From: Cyanophyceae cyanobacterium
GTDB lineage: Bacteria > Cyanobacteriota > Cyanobacteriia > Cyanobacteriales > Laspinemataceae
Assembly: GCA_038321985.1 (NCBI GenBank)
Contig: JBBQFN010000003.1
Coordinates: forward strand, 350,097 to 414,096
Direction: 5' to 3'
DNA: 64,000 nucleotides
A program made the translations under genes and the position numbers. This document shows positions 28,833 through 40,572 of the stretch, in pieces. The first letter of the stretch is position 1. Every line of letters begins with the position of its first letter. The notes beneath the pieces were generated by a model. That model did no database searches, was not told the origin of the DNA, and saw only the letters and a list, made by a program, of their open reading frames with translations.

Positions 28833-29249
28833 TTAATGGGTGGCAAATTTTTTCAACAAGTTGTCAGGGATTGCAACCAAACGATGATTGGAAACGTGAA
28901 TAAAACATCCGGTTTGTTTGGCAGTTACGGCAATTTTATCGTCTACAATTAATTCGGTTTTGACAATCCATTTAACCGAACCCATGTCGCTAAACCACAT
29001 CCGACCTTGAATCAAGTCAAACAATTTGATAGGTTTGTGATATTCTAGTCGGGTCTTGCCAATCAGGGGCGATATTCCTAATTCGAGTTGCTGTTCTAAA
29101 GAAAAATACAGTTGGAATAAATCTAAGCGTAAATCTTCCACCCAGCGCATTAAAATCATTTGGCTAACAAACCCCGTTACATCAATATCGTAGGGTTTTA
29201 CGGTAAAGGCTAAAGCGGTCTCTAATAAGCGGTCTTCTTCTAAGGTCAT
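28833..29249 (-). CDS. Hotdog-fold acyl-CoA thioesterase
   Basis: VKPYDIDVTGFVSQ...RWVEDLR...LEYHKPI; 4HBT-like. Confidence 0.75.
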   Translation of the reverse strand: MTLEEDRLLETALAFTVKPYDIDVTGFVSQMILMRWVEDLRLDLFQLYFSLEQQLELGISPLIGKTRLEYHKPIKLFDLIQGRMWFSDMGSVKWIVKTELIVDDKIAVTAKQTGCFIHVSNHRLVAIPDNLLKKFATH

Positions 29250-29374
29250 ATTCCCTCAAACTGGTATTTTAAAATAACGATTTTGTGAGTCCTATTTTTT
29301 AAAAGGCGATCGCCTCACTCGATTAACCTGCCCATTGGCTATTTTTCAGAACCCTAACTCATTGTAATCGGTTT

Positions 29375-29412
29375 AAAAAAAAAAGAACGCACCGGGTACT
29401 CCTCCGGTGCGT
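29375..29412 (-). terminator. Rho-independent terminator of uvrA
   Basis: 9-bp stem ACGCACCGG/CCGGTGCGT followed on the minus strand by a T10 tract. Confidence 0.75.
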
Positions 29413-29425
29413 AATTTGTCCTCGA

Positions 29426-32368
29426 TTAATTTGCCCTAGGGCGGGATATAGCGGGATATTGCTGCAAGACGCGCTTTAAGAATTGGCCCGTATAGGATTG
29501 AGTATTTTCGGCAATTTCCTCCGGGGTTCCAGTGGCGATCGCCTCTCCCCCTTTATCCCCCCCTTCTGGTCCTAAATCAATCACCCAATCGGCACACCGA
29601 ATCACATCTAAGTTGTGTTCAATAGTCAAAATTGAATTGCCTTTATCTACTAACCGTTGCAATACATTTAACAATTGATGCACGTCATAAAACGAGAGTC
29701 CGGTGGTAGGTTCATCGATTAAATACAAGGTTTTTCCGGTAGCGCGGCGGGAGAGTTCCGTTGCCAGTTTAACCCGTTGCGCTTCCCCTCCCGATAGGGT
29801 CGGTGCCGGTTGTCCCAGGTGAATATAACCTAATCCGACATCCACTAAGGTTTGCAACCGCGTCCCCGCCCGAGGAATATTTTTAAACAATTCTAACCCT
29901 TCTTCAACGGTTAGATTCAAAACATCAGCAATGGAATATCCCTTGTATTTAACTTGTAAAGTTTCTCGATTATATCGGGCTCCTTTACAAATATCACACT
30001 GCACATAAACATCGGGTAAAAAATTCATAGAAATGACATTTACCCCTTGTCCCCCACAGGCTTCGCATCGTCCTCCTTTGACATTAAAAGAAAACTGCCC
30101 CGGTTTATATCCTCGCGCTTTAGCTTCGATAGTTTCCGCAAATAAAGAGCGGATGATATCAAATACACCCGTATAGGTGGCAGGATTGGACCGAGGGGTT
30201 CTACCGATGGGGGATTGGTCAATAATAATCACCTTATCTACCGCATCTTTTAAGCTCTTTTCTCCCACGGTTTTGAGCGCATCCATTTCTGAAGGAAAGG
30301 GGTGTTTGCGGGTGATATGATGTTGGAGGGCAGGATACAATAAATCATTAATTAAGCTGGATTTACCGGAGCCCGAAACCCCCGTTACACAAACTAATTT
30401 TCCCAGAGGAATTTCCACATCAATATGTTGGAGGTTATGGCGCGAGCAGTTTTTCATAATGAGCGATCGCCCATTTCCCTGTCTCCGTTCCCCCGGGGTT
30501 TCAATTTGCAACCGTCCGGATAAATACGCCCCTGTGAGAGAGTTTTCCGCCGATAATAATGCCTCTAACTGCCCTTGGGCAACAATTTCTCCCCCATGTA
30601 CCCCAGCGCGAGGACCGATATCGACAATCCAATCCGCTGCCCGAATAGTATCTTCATCATGTTCGACGACAATTAAAGTATTGCCTAAGTCGCGTAATTT
30701 TGTTAAAGTACGCAGCAGCCGTCCGTTATCCCGTTGATGCAGTCCAATACTGGGTTCGTCGAGGACGTATAACACGCCGGTTAATCCCGCGCCGATCTGG
30801 GTGGCGAGGCGAATCCGCTGCGCTTCCCCTCCCGAAAGGGTCATGGCAGGGCGATCAAGGGTGAGATAATCTAATCCTACATCTAATAAAAATTGCAGTC
30901 GGGCGCAAATTTCTCGAAGGACAAGTTCGGCAATCTGTGCTTGCCGACTGCTCAATTGCAGCCGATCAATGCGATCGCGACATTCCCGAATTGAAACCGA
31001 AGTCAAATCATCAATGCGATCGCCTCCCAGTCTCACCGCCAACGCTTCCGGTTTCAGGCGTTTCCCGTGACAGCTTTCGCAGGGGCGATCAACTAAATAC
31101 TGCTCTAATTTTTGTTTTTGCAGGTCCGAGGCACTCTCTTCATAGTACCGTTGCAACAACGCTAATGCACCGGCATAGCGCCGATTGTTGCCCCATCCTT
31201 CGATATTAATTGTTTCATCAACGCCATATAAAATGGCTTTTTGCTGTTTTGCTGTTAGATGTTTCCATCGTGTCGTCAACTCAAATCCGTATAACTGCGC
31301 CAAACCTTGTAACAAAGAGAGATAATAAGCACTCTCTTTCTCCGCCCAAGGTGCGATCGCCTCATAAATCGGTGCCTCCGGGTCCGGTATGATTAAATCC
31401 GGGGAAAACGTCCGAAAACTGCCCAATCCGTGACAAGTTTCGCAAGCACCATAGGGGGAATTAAACGAAAATAAGCGGGGAGAAAGTTCTTCCATCACCG
31501 CCCCATGTTCCGGACAAGCAAACTTTTCCGAAAAGACTAATTCCGGCTCTCCCTCCTCGGTGGTACTGTCTAATAATTGGATAATGGCAATCCCTTCGGA
31601 ATGGCGCAACCCGGTGCTTAAAGAATCAACTAAACGTTCTTCAATCCCTGCTTTTTTAATTAGGCGATCGACTACAATTTCAATGGTATGGGTGTGATTT
31701 TTATCGAGTTCTATATTTTCCGAAAGTTCGCGAATTTCGCCATTCACCCGCACCCGCACAAATCCATCGGAAGACAGACTCGAAAGCACTTTCTTATGAG
31801 TGCCTTTTTTACCCCGAACTACGGGGGCGAGAACTTGAAATTTAGTACGATCCGGGAGTTCCATCACCCGATCGCACATCTCATCGATAGTTTGCGGGGC
31901 GATCGAGCGATCGCAAATCGGACAGTGAGGTTTTCCCGCCCGTCCAAATAATAAGCGCAGATAATCATAAATTTCCGTCACCGTTCCCACCGTCGATCGC
32001 GGGTTGTGGGAGGTGGATTTTTGGTCAATAGAAATCGCCGGAGAGAGTCCCTCGATGGATTCCACATCGGGTTTATCCAGTTGCCCTAGAAACTGACGGG
32101 CGTAGGCGCTGAGGGACTCCACATAACGCCGCTGACCCTCGGCGAAAATGGTATCAAAGGCGAGGGAGGATTTCCCGGAACCCGAAACCCCCGTAAATAC
32201 AATCAGGCGATCGCGCGGGAGTTCCAAGTCGATATTTTTGAGGTTGTGCTGCCTTGCACCTCGAATCCGGATCCCCTGCCCTCCTCGATTGACTACGGCT
32301 TCGGTAATCGAGGATCCATTCAAGCTCTGCACAGGTGGTTTAGTAGACGCATTGGCACGCTTAGGCAT
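29426..32368 (-). CDS. uvrA: Excinuclease ABC subunit A
   Basis: Two [11 protein letters not shown]alker A motifs, two LSGGEAQR signatures, zinc fingers. Confidence 0.98.
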   Translation of the reverse strand: MPKRANASTKPPVQSLNGSSITEAVVNRGGQGIRIRGARQHNLKNIDLELPRDRLIVFTGVSGSGKSSLAFDTIFAEGQRRYVESLSAYARQFLGQLDKPDVESIEGLSPAISIDQKSTSHNPRSTVGTVTEIYDYLRLLFGRAGKPHCPICDRSIAPQTIDEMCDRVMELPDRTKFQVLAPVVRGKKGTHKKVLSSLSSDGFVRVRVNGEIRELSENIELDKNHTHTIEIVVDRLIKKAGIEERLVDSLSTGLRHSEGIAIIQLLDSTTEEGEPELVFSEKFACPEHGAVMEELSPRLFSFNSPYGACETCHGLGSFRTFSPDLIIPDPEAPIYEAIAPWAEKESAYYLSLLQGLAQLYGFELTTRWKHLTAKQQKAILYGVDETINIEGWGNNRRYAGALALLQRYYEESASDLQKQKLEQYLVDRPCESCHGKRLKPEALAVRLGGDRIDDLTSVSIRECRDRIDRLQLSSRQAQIAELVLREICARLQFLLDVGLDYLTLDRPAMTLSGGEAQRIRLATQIGAGLTGVLYVLDEPSIGLHQRDNGRLLRTLTKLRDLGNTLIVVEHDEDTIRAADWIVDIGPRAGVHGGEIVAQGQLEALLSAENSLTGAYLSGRLQIETPGERRQGNGRSLIMKNCSRHNLQHIDVEIPLGKLVCVTGVSGSGKSSLINDLLYPALQHHITRKHPFPSEMDALKTVGEKSLKDAVDKVIIIDQSPIGRTPRSNPATYTGVFDIIRSLFAETIEAKARGYKPGQFSFNVKGGRCEACGGQGVNVISMNFLPDVYVQCDICKGARYNRETLQVKYKGYSIADVLNLTVEEGLELFKNIPRAGTRLQTLVDVGLGYIHLGQPAPTLSGGEAQRVKLATELSRRATGKTLYLIDEPTTGLSFYDVHQLLNVLQRLVDKGNSILTIEHNLDVIRCADWVIDLGPEGGDKGGEAIATGTPEEIAENTQSYTGQFLKRVLQQYPAISRPRAN

Positions 32369-32496
32369 AAAGAGTTAAATATATATTTCTTAACAATTTT
32401 AGCGGTTTTGGATAGCAATGCGGGTACGGAGTATCGGATGAGGTGGGTGCGGATATCCGAGGGGTCCTTGTTTACCCGATTGGGTTGAATGAGAAG

Positions 32497-32566
32497 AAAC
32501 GACTAAAGTCGTTACTATGAACTAAAGCCATCGTTTCTTTGTTTGTAGTAATGACTTTAGTCGTTT
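32497..32566. repeat. REP-like inverted doublet (GTAGTAAYGACTTTAGTCGTT family)
   Basis: AAACGACTAAAGTCGTTACTATGAAC ... GTTTGTAGTAATGACTTTAGTCGTTT; related copy at ~33051-33112. Confidence 0.75.
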
Positions 32567-32620
32567 CCGGGTTATTTCCCCATTACAATAAAATTGAATA
32601 GTGCCAAGAGTAAACAAACG

Positions 32621-33043
32621 ATGGACGAGTATCAAGTTCAAGTAGAAAAAGCGATCGCAATTTTAAATGAAGACTTACCCACGTTATTTGAAAAAGATAT
32701 TTCTTATGATATTTATAGAAAAGATATTTTTTTTAAAGACCCGGTAAATCAGTTTAAGTGGAAATTTAATTATCGAATTATTTTCTGGACTTTACGGTTC
32801 CACGGAAAACTGTTTTTTACCCAACTCAATTTTGATTTGCACGATGTCGAACAAGTTGCTCCGGATATGATTCTAGCCAATTGGACCGTGCGCGGCAGAT
32901 TGCGGCTACCTTGGAAAGCAGACTTATTTTTTAAGGGCTATTCTAATTATAAATTAGATGAAGCGGGGTTAATTTATGAACATATTGATACTTGGGACCG
33001 GGAACCGAAGGCAATTTTAAAACAATTTCTTCCTCAATCCTGA
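32621..33043 (+). CDS. DUF2358 (SnoaL/NTF2-like) protein
   Basis: DLPTLFEKDISYDIY...FKDPVNQF...YRIIFWTLRFHG...HIDTWDR. Confidence 0.82.
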   Translation: MDEYQVQVEKAIAILNEDLPTLFEKDISYDIYRKDIFFKDPVNQFKWKFNYRIIFWTLRFHGKLFFTQLNFDLHDVEQVAPDMILANWTVRGRLRLPWKADLFFKGYSNYKLDEAGLIYEHIDTWDREPKAILKQFLPQS

Positions 33044-33205
33044 TGAATAACGTTCGTGGTGACTCCTTCAGGAGTCATCTTGATGCAACCCCTAAAGGAG
33101 TTACTACAAACGAAAGGGGTGATAAGGTTTTATCCAGCTAAATTGGGGAGACCCCACCCAACCCTCCCCTTGCCAAGGGGAGGGCTATGATACTTGCATA
33201 AAATA

Positions 33206-34678
33206 TTATTCTTGAGTTCCGGCAGCACGAAGCGATCTCGCTACTTGTTTGTAGCCGTTAAACTCAGCGATCGCCAAGGCGGTATAACCCCCGCGATTTT
33301 TGAGATTGACATCGGCACCGGCGGCTATTAATTGGTTAACTGCTTCCTCAAAACCCCGATGGGCGGCCCACATCAAGGCGCTTGCCCCTGCCTCATCTTG
33401 ACGGTTGACATCGGCACCGGCAGAAATCAGCACCTCGATAACAGCGGTAAAATTGTGATCAGCCGCTTTCATTAGCGCGGTTTTGCCGCCTTGGGTGAGG
33501 GCATTGGGCTCTGCACCGGCTTGGAGTAAGACTTGGATGGTGTCCAGATGTCCCAGTTCGGCGGTGGCGGTAAGGGGCGTTTCTTCAAAGTTAGTGGGAT
33601 TCACTTCTGCACCCTTGTGAAGGAGGGCCGCCACAATGTCGGCGCGATCGTGCAAGGCGGCAACAAATAAGGGCGTGTCACCGAGACGATTGCACCGTTG
33701 GAAATCGGCACCCCTGTCGAGTAAAAGGTTGACAACATCGCCATAACCTTCGACTACCGCCAAATTTAATGCCGTTTCCCCATCGCTATCGATCGCATTG
33801 ATATCCGCACCGCCATCAAGTAGCGCCCGTACTATCTCCCAATGGCCGCCGGATGCCCCAGCCATCAGGGGGGTAAAGCTATCAAGATTTTTGACATTAA
33901 CATCGGCACCGGCGGCTAAAAGGGCGATTACCACCTCGCTATGGCCGCGATCGCTAGCGAGTAGCACAGGCGTTTCGGCATCTTTATCGGTCACATTGGG
34001 GTTAGTCCCGGCAGCTAGCAAGATTTTCACAATCGGCAGGTCCCCGCGTTCGGCAGCTTCGATCAAGGCGCTGCCGCAATCGTACTGTTGACAGGTGAGA
34101 CCCTTTTGGATCAGCAGTTCTAACAGTTCCCCATTGCCCTGATGGGCAGTGGAAAATAAGAGGGAATCAACATCGGGGATCCCCTGGAAATCCGCCCCTG
34201 CCGCAAGTAAGGCACGGACGATGGCAACGTGACCCTCGACAATTGCCAGTTTGAGGGCGGTGTCATCATCTTTATCTTTGATATTGGGTTGGGCACCCTT
34301 CGCCAACAGCAAGTCCGCGATCGCCCCGTTGCCTTTAAGTGCAGCCACCATCAATGCGGTACTGCCATCATCATTTCTCGCGTTCACTTCTGCCCCAGAA
34401 GAGAGTAACAGGCGCACTACATCCACCTGATGATTGGCGGCAGCAAACATCAGTGGGGTGATGCCGTACTTTTCTCGGGGAAGATTGACATTAGCACCGG
34501 CTTCGATCAACTGACGGGCGATTTCGGTGTAACCTTTTTGGGCGGCAAAGATTAACGGAGTAGTGCCTTCGTGATCTTTGGCATTGACACGAGCACCTTC
34601 AGCCAGCAGGGTAATCACTTGATTGATGTTGCCAATTCGAGCTGCCTGAATTAATAGAAGATCCTGGTTAGAGAGCAT
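33206..34678 (-). CDS. Ankyrin repeat protein
   Basis: ~14 repeats of GxTPLxxAAxxGxxxxVxxLLxxGADVN. Confidence 0.93.
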   Translation of the reverse strand: MLSNQDLLLIQAARIGNINQVITLLAEGARVNAKDHEGTTPLIFAAQKGYTEIARQLIEAGANVNLPREKYGITPLMFAAANHQVDVVRLLLSSGAEVNARNDDGSTALMVAALKGNGAIADLLLAKGAQPNIKDKDDDTALKLAIVEGHVAIVRALLAAGADFQGIPDVDSLLFSTAHQGNGELLELLIQKGLTCQQYDCGSALIEAAERGDLPIVKILLAAGTNPNVTDKDAETPVLLASDRGHSEVVIALLAAGADVNVKNLDSFTPLMAGASGGHWEIVRALLDGGADINAIDSDGETALNLAVVEGYGDVVNLLLDRGADFQRCNRLGDTPLFVAALHDRADIVAALLHKGAEVNPTNFEETPLTATAELGHLDTIQVLLQAGAEPNALTQGGKTALMKAADHNFTAVIEVLISAGADVNRQDEAGASALMWAAHRGFEEAVNQLIAAGADVNLKNRGGYTALAIAEFNGYKQVARSLRAAGTQE

Positions 34679-34936
34679 TTGCTGCGATCGACTCAATCTC
34701 GGGGTAATTTAACCGTATCGCGAAAGGAGCCAAGGATCAACTGCGATCGCCCTCCGATATTTCCCAGAGTCGTAGCGCCCGATCGGGGGCCGCGACAATT
34801 ACGCCGCTACAGCCTCTCCCTGTTGCCCCCCAAATCGAACTCAAAGCTGACCCCCTACAGGGTGGGGGATTTTCAAGACTCCCATGCCAAATTATGATAA
34901 TTTTTATTAAGATCCTCACGCCATCTGGAGAACACC

Positions 34937-35410
34937 ATGACGATAGAACTTCCCGCACCGTTACAAACGGGATTGACCTTCTTTCATCCCCTGCTAATGT
35001 GGGTGCTGTTTGGACTCTCGATTTACGCCCTTTATCTCGGGGTGAAACTGAAGCGCACCCGCAAAGCCACAGGCGACGAGAAAAAAGACCTGATTAAGGG
35101 TAAATACAATACTAGACATTACCAAATCGGCTCCTTAATGCTGGCCCTGATGGTATTTGGCACGGTGATCGGGATGGGTGCCACGTATGTCAATAATGGC
35201 AAGCTGTTTTTTGGTCCCCACCTGCTGGTTGGCTTAGGCATGACGACAATGGTTGCCATCTCAGCTTCTTTAGCCCCCTTTATGCAGCAAGGAGTCGCTT
35301 GGGCCCGAGTTACCCATGTTGCCATGAATATGACCTTGCTGACCCTGTTCGGCTGGCAAGCCTTTACGGGACTGCAAATCGTGCAAAAGATTCTGAGTAG
35401 TGATTCCTAA
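34937..35410 (+). CDS. DUF4079 membrane protein
   Basis: FHPLLMW...HYQIGS...GKLFFGPHLLVGL...H. Confidence 0.85.
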   Translation: MTIELPAPLQTGLTFFHPLLMWVLFGLSIYALYLGVKLKRTRKATGDEKKDLIKGKYNTRHYQIGSLMLALMVFGTVIGMGATYVNNGKLFFGPHLLVGLGMTTMVAISASLAPFMQQGVAWARVTHVAMNMTLLTLFGWQAFTGLQIVQKILSSDS

Positions 35411-35502
35411 ATCTGATCCGCTCTGAAATAGACGGCTGTATCCCCAGAAGGGATCTGCCTCCAGTCTCCTCCCCAAGATACAGGGAGGGGACTGGAGGTG
35501 GT

Positions 35503-36300
35503 TTATAGAGTCTCGATTTCCTCGGAGATTTCCTGTCCCGTGCCATTGGGACCGCTACACTGACGGCACAGATCTCCATTAGGGGTTTTAGCCCGTTTTT
35601 TCTTGAACAAGTCCAGGCGATCGCGCCCCACTGTGGCGTGGAAATCTTCTTGAACTTTGTAGGTTAAGCGCCGGGAGACTTGTTTAACGATTTGTGCCAA
35701 GAGGCGATCGCCCGTCTTTTGCACCAAGGGTAGGGGTAAGGCGTGAATAAACTTCGGAAAGCATACCCCCACTTTTAAATCTAAATTCCACTCCACCCGA
35801 GTCGTAGTGGTGGGGAGGTCCTGGGTTTGCCGGAGTTTGATATTGGAATAATCAGCCGGAATTTCTATTAATTCCTGCGCCGCTTTAAACTCCACGTCAT
35901 AACCGGGGGGGACATAATCGGGAATGGCGATCGTTTCGATCAGATAAACGCGATTTTTGTGTGGCAATAGGTTTAGACCAATTTTTGGTTCCACTTCATA
36001 GCCGAGTGCGCCAAACCGTCCGATGGTTAAAGCATATCCATTTTCGCCCAAAGCCTCTGCTTGCATCGGATGAGCACAGCGCCGAAACCATCCTTGATGA
36101 ACGTCAAAGTAGGCGGCGACGGTTTCGACATCGGCATACATTTCCATGCAGCCGACAAAATGAGTCTGAAACCACATCGGTTCACAAGCTGCGGAGGTAG
36201 ATGCTTCCCGATCGCCATCGATGGGCTTTTGCATAGGGTTTAAAATATCTAACTGCATAACCGCTTCCCTGATTGAGGGTTTGTGTTTTTGTACGGCCAC
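35503..36300 (-). CDS. DUF1997 protein
   Basis: HQGWFRRCAHPM...GALGYEVEPKIGL...LTYKVQEDFH. Confidence 0.82.
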   Translation of the reverse strand: MAVQKHKPSIREAVMQLDILNPMQKPIDGDREASTSAACEPMWFQTHFVGCMEMYADVETVAAYFDVHQGWFRRCAHPMQAEALGENGYALTIGRFGALGYEVEPKIGLNLLPHKNRVYLIETIAIPDYVPPGYDVEFKAAQELIEIPADYSNIKLRQTQDLPTTTTRVEWNLDLKVGVCFPKFIHALPLPLVQKTGDRLLAQIVKQVSRRLTYKVQEDFHATVGRDRLDLFKKKRAKTPNGDLCRQCSGPNGTGQEISEEIETL

Positions 36301-36611
36301 TTAGAGTGGCTGATTGGATGCTACTTTCTCTACGTTATCTTGTCCCTGGGTAGGAGGAAATCCGTAATTTTGCCGGAATTTCCTGGAGTTTGTAGCTGTT
36401 GCCTTGACTGGAACCCAAGGCAAACTATGATCCGTTTCTATAATAAGCAATCCCCCGAGGCAGGGTTTGTGATGTAGATATCCGAACTCGGGCGATCGCG
36501 ATCAGACCTCAAAAATTTTAAACTAGAGTAAGCTCGGGATGCCAACGCTTCCCCACTCTTGCATAAACGCAATGGTTCCCAATTGAATCCTTAATTTTAC
36601 CTAAAAAACTG

Positions 36612-37271
36612 ATGAAAGCATTTGTAGCGGGTGCAACCGGACAGACGGGACGGCGCATTGTCGAAGAATTAGTCAAGCGGGAGATTCCCGTGCGAGCATT
36701 GGTGCGGAACTTGGAGAAAGGCCAACAACTCTTACCCTCCCAGGTGGAGTTAGTGGTGGGGGATATTTTAAATCCCCAGAGTCTAGACGAGGCGATCGCC
36801 GATTGTACCGTGGTGTTATGCGCCACGGGTGCCACCCCCAGTTTTGACCCCACGGGACCCTATCGCACGGACTATGAAGGGACCAAGCATCTCGTAGATG
36901 TTGCCAAAGTCAAAGGAATCGAACAATTTGTTCTAGTTTCCTCCTTGTGCGTCTCTAACTTATTCCATCCGCTCAATTTATTTTGGCTCATTTTAGTCTG
37001 GAAAAGACAAGCAGAAAAATATATCCAAAACAGCGGTTTAACTTATACCATCGTGCGTCCAGGGGGGTTAAAAAATGCCGAGGATGAAGCAGCGATCGTC
37101 ATGGAATCTCAGGATAAATTATTTGACGGAAGCATTCCCCGCAGCAAGGTCGCTTTAGTGAGCGTCGAAGCGCTATTTCAACCCAGCGCCCGCAATAAAA
37201 TTGTGGAAATTGTCACCCGTGCGGAAGCTCCAGCTAAAGCATTGGATGAGCTATTTTCCACCGTTGTTTAA
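36612..37271 (+). CDS. Atypical SDR / NAD(P)H-binding protein (Tic62/NmrA-like)
   Basis: VAGATGQTG Rossmann motif; YTIVRPGGL. Confidence 0.9.
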   Translation: MKAFVAGATGQTGRRIVEELVKREIPVRALVRNLEKGQQLLPSQVELVVGDILNPQSLDEAIADCTVVLCATGATPSFDPTGPYRTDYEGTKHLVDVAKVKGIEQFVLVSSLCVSNLFHPLNLFWLILVWKRQAEKYIQNSGLTYTIVRPGGLKNAEDEAAIVMESQDKLFDGSIPRSKVALVSVEALFQPSARNKIVEIVTRAEAPAKALDELFSTVV

Positions 37272-37544
37272 GGAGAAAAAGTGGAGGGTAGGCTTAATTA
37301 ACTAGAAAGAAAGCGGGTCAATCGGTAGGATATGCCCGATAGATCCGCAAAAGTAGGCGGGGCAGGGCTGCGGTAAGGAGCCAGACGCTGCTACTTTCAG
37401 ATCAGGGAGATAATGGTTGTAGGGGCAAAGCGATTGGCAAGATTTGGCCCATTCCGGATTCCACGGATGATTTAGACGCGCTATCTACCGGATGCGTAAG
37501 TCCAATTAATATTTTTTTAGACTTCAGTCAACTCACTCCAAGTT

Positions 37545-38228
37545 ATGAATCAGACGAATCCAAATAAGCCCGTGATAAGAAGAAGAAAAAACCCAAAATT
37601 TAGACGGTTTGTGTTGGGTTTAGCCGGTGCGATCGCCCTGCCCATCCTCTTTTATAACGTCGTCTTCCGGCGCACCGAACCCCTGCCACTCTCCCTACAA
37701 GCCCCCTTACCGCCTCTGGTAATGGAAGGCGGCGACCCCTACCTGCGAGCGCTAATGCGAACTATTTCCGCTAGCGAATCCAACGTTGAACAGCCCTATG
37801 CCGTTATTTATGGCGGCGAATATATTAAGGACTTGAAACGGCATCCCGATCTATGCGTGCGGATTGTCGCCGGGCCAAATCTCAACAACTGCTCCACCGC
37901 TGCGGGTCGCTATCAGTTTATTACCACAACCTGGGAAGAAATGGCAGAACGCTACCACCCTAAACAGGACGGTACGTGGTTCTGGAAATCCTATAGTTTT
38001 GAGCCAAAATTTCAGGATAAAGTCGTCTATGCGTGGCTGCAAGACGAACAAGCCTGGGGGGTGAACATTTCCAAGTTATTGGAAGAAGGCAAATTAGACC
38101 AAGTATTGTATCTACTTTCTGGAACTTGGACCAGTCTCGGCTACGGCATCGAAACCAATTCGATGAGCGCCTATTTACCCACCCTTTATCAAAAATTCCT
38201 GGAAGAGGAACTGCAACAATCAATATAA
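37545..38228 (+). CDS. Membrane-anchored lambda-type lysozyme/muramidase (GH104-like)
   Basis: RALMRTISASE...STAAGRYQF...TW...Q...WTSL; N-terminal TM. Confidence 0.85.
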   Translation: MNQTNPNKPVIRRRKNPKFRRFVLGLAGAIALPILFYNVVFRRTEPLPLSLQAPLPPLVMEGGDPYLRALMRTISASESNVEQPYAVIYGGEYIKDLKRHPDLCVRIVAGPNLNNCSTAAGRYQFITTTWEEMAERYHPKQDGTWFWKSYSFEPKFQDKVVYAWLQDEQAWGVNISKLLEEGKLDQVLYLLSGTWTSLGYGIETNSMSAYLPTLYQKFLEEELQQSI

Positions 38229-38342
38229 GGGAGTTCTAGATTTCTAGAATAAATTTTGGGGATGACGGTAGGGACAAGGAAGTGGCTTCTCATTCGCCCT
38301 ATTGATTTATAGGGTTTTCCCTAGTTATTCGCGTATATTTTG

Positions 38343-38380
38343 GGAGTGAGTAAAGCCTGAGCCCAGGCTTTACTCACTCC
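38343..38380. other. Perfect 17-bp hairpin
   Basis: GGAGTGAGTAAAGCCTG-AGCC-CAGGCTTTACTCACTCC. Confidence 0.7.
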
Positions 38381-38587
38381 GCACCCGAGTCAAGCGATCG
38401 CTGGGCGGCACTCCTCTAAATATCTGTAACTCATCAGTCCAGAAACCGCTATAGAATGGGTTGAGTAACGGGATTTCTGCCCCGGGAACCCGGTTTTAAG
38501 CGTCTTTATTTCTGATAGGGGGAGTCTCAAAGGAAACTCATGTTTCTGATTTGGGTTCTAAGACTTTAGGGAATCGGTACAGAGTTT

Positions 38588-38654
38588 AGAAACCGGATTT
38601 CTTCGCAAACACTCGGCCCATTAGCAGCAAATTAGGAGCAGAAACTTGATTTCT
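38588..38654. repeat. Degenerate palindromic doublet element (copy E)
   Basis: AGAAACCGGATTTCT 38588-38602 and AGAAACTTGATTTCT 38640-38654. Confidence 0.65.
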
Positions 38655-38737
38655 GCTCCCGTTGAGCTAATACCCTACCCGTCAGCCTAGACCTGAAACG
38701 ACCCCCTCATTTACCGAATAGATAGGAAACCCCCCCA

Positions 38738-40297
38738 ATGAAACGATTTCGGCACGCTCTTTGGGCAACAGTTGGAGTGGCTTTATTCCTCACCCTGAAT
38801 CTGTTGCTGACCTTTGCACCCGCTTACTCTACCTTGCCCCGAACAGGGGTTACCACCCCCGCACCCCATAGCAAAAACCTAACCGTCTCCAGTTTAAAAC
38901 AGATTCTGGATCTGGCTTTTGAGCCGGGAACCACGGAATTTAATACCCTCGTAGAAGCCGATCGCCTCTTTCTAGCCGGCAATATCCCAGCGGCAGAACA
39001 ACTCTATCGCCAGGTGAAAGGTCAGTTTTCTCAACCGGGAGGGGACCCGGTGATTCCCGAACCCATCACCGACCCCGAACAGCTATCCGGTGCAGGGCGA
39101 GTGTATTGGCGCGAAGCCCAAGCCGGATTTGAACAAAAGTTAGAAACCCGAATTTTCGTTCCCTTACAGCAATTAGTCGAAAAGCATCCCGAATTTATTC
39201 CGGGTCATGTATTGCTTGTTCAAGCCTTACAAGCCTATGGAAGAGGGGAGGAAGCCTTACCCATCCTAGAACGAGCAACAACCCTTTATCCGAACCAACC
39301 GGAGTTAATTCTAGCCGAAATTTCTGCCCTCCAAACTGAAGAGAAATGGTTAGAATCTTCTATTGCAGCACGACAATTTGCTGTGCTTTATCCGGAGCAT
39401 CCCAAAGCCCCAGAATTTCAGGCGATCGCAGATGAAGACCTCGGGCGTTACCGTTCCGGAATTCGTCGCCGTTTAATCGGTCAAACCCTCCTCACCGGCG
39501 CACTTTCTATCGGAGATTTACTCCTAACTGGAAACGTCGCTGGAACCATACCAGCCCTTCAATTGACCATGCTGTTGATGCAAGGAGAAGCCGCATTTGG
39601 CAATCAATTGGCCGAAGTGTTCCAACAGCGTTTACCCATGGTTGAAGATGAAACCATTGTAAACTACGTCAATGAAGTGGGACAAAAAATGGCCCGATTG
39701 ATGGGACGGGATGAATTTGAGTATGAATTCTTCGTGGTAGAAGATGAAAAGCTCAATGCCTTCGCCCTTCCGGGGGGTAAAGTTTTTGTGAACACGGGAG
39801 CGTTAATAAAAATTGAAAGTGAAGCCGAACTCGCCGGATTGTTGGGCCATGAAGTGGGTCACGCTGTCTTGTCTCATGGATATCAGCGCGTTGTTCAAAG
39901 CACCCTACTTTCTAACTTAAATCGGGTGGTTCCAATGGGGGATTTAATTGCGTCCTTAGTCGGTCGCGCATACAGTCGCCAGAACGAACGACAAGCGGAT
40001 ATTTTAGGGTCAAGAGTGTTAGCCAATAGCAATTATGCCGCCGATGGCTTACGCAACCTCATGCAAACCTTCACCGAATTGGATGGAGGACGAGGAGGCG
40101 TTTTAAGCTGGTTATCCTCCCACCCCGCATCTAGCGATCGCCTCCGCTACTTGGAAGAATTAATTCAACGCAATGGCTACAACCGTTACGCCTTTGAAGG
40201 AGTCGAACGTCACTCTCAAATCCAAAGCCGGGTACAAGAAATCTTTCCCCAAGAAGAGGCCGGTAATGCTGTAGAAGTTCTCCTCGCTGGGGGTTAA
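38738..40297 (+). CDS. Secreted TPR + M48 metallopeptidase
   Basis: NAFALPGG, HEVGH zinc motif, YSRQNERQAD, SSHP. Confidence 0.9.
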   Translation: MKRFRHALWATVGVALFLTLNLLLTFAPAYSTLPRTGVTTPAPHSKNLTVSSLKQILDLAFEPGTTEFNTLVEADRLFLAGNIPAAEQLYRQVKGQFSQPGGDPVIPEPITDPEQLSGAGRVYWREAQAGFEQKLETRIFVPLQQLVEKHPEFIPGHVLLVQALQAYGRGEEALPILERATTLYPNQPELILAEISALQTEEKWLESSIAARQFAVLYPEHPKAPEFQAIADEDLGRYRSGIRRRLIGQTLLTGALSIGDLLLTGNVAGTIPALQLTMLLMQGEAAFGNQLAEVFQQRLPMVEDETIVNYVNEVGQKMARLMGRDEFEYEFFVVEDEKLNAFALPGGKVFVNTGALIKIESEAELAGLLGHEVGHAVLSHGYQRVVQSTLLSNLNRVVPMGDLIASLVGRAYSRQNERQADILGSRVLANSNYAADGLRNLMQTFTELDGGRGGVLSWLSSHPASSDRLRYLEELIQRNGYNRYAFEGVERHSQIQSRVQEIFPQEEAGNAVEVLLAGG

Positions 40298-40374
40298 ACT
40301 CTCAGTGAATTCCCCTCGGGATAAGTCTGAAAAAATCCCCCCCGCGCACCCTTAATAAGGTAGGAGTTATCCTA

Positions 40375-40405
40375 AAAAGGCGCAAGGTTCTGCTTGCGTC
40401 TTTTT
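40375..40405 (+). terminator. Rho-independent terminator
   Basis: AAAAAGGCGCAAG-GTTCTG-CTTGCGTCTTTTT. Confidence 0.65.
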
Positions 40406-40572
40406 CAGTTTTTAATCATAACTTCAAAGGAAGAATTCCCACAAAGTTTACCCCATTCAACCTGAGATAACCCGACTTTTCCAACAAGGTCCCTTATTGC
40501 CCATTTCTTGTACCTATGGCAGAATGGATCAAGTGTTTGTCCCGCCCGTTTCTAAACTCGCAGCAACGAATC

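Noticed and set aside
32420..32440. LexA box upstream of uvrA (GGTACGGAGTATC)
   Set aside because: Spacing and second half-site do not fit the cyanobacterial RGTAC-N3-DGTWCB consensus.
37545..38228. Prophage inferred from lambda-type lysozyme
   Set aside because: No holin, structural or integrase genes; the neighbours are ordinary cyanobacterial genes and the protein has an N-terminal membrane anchor.
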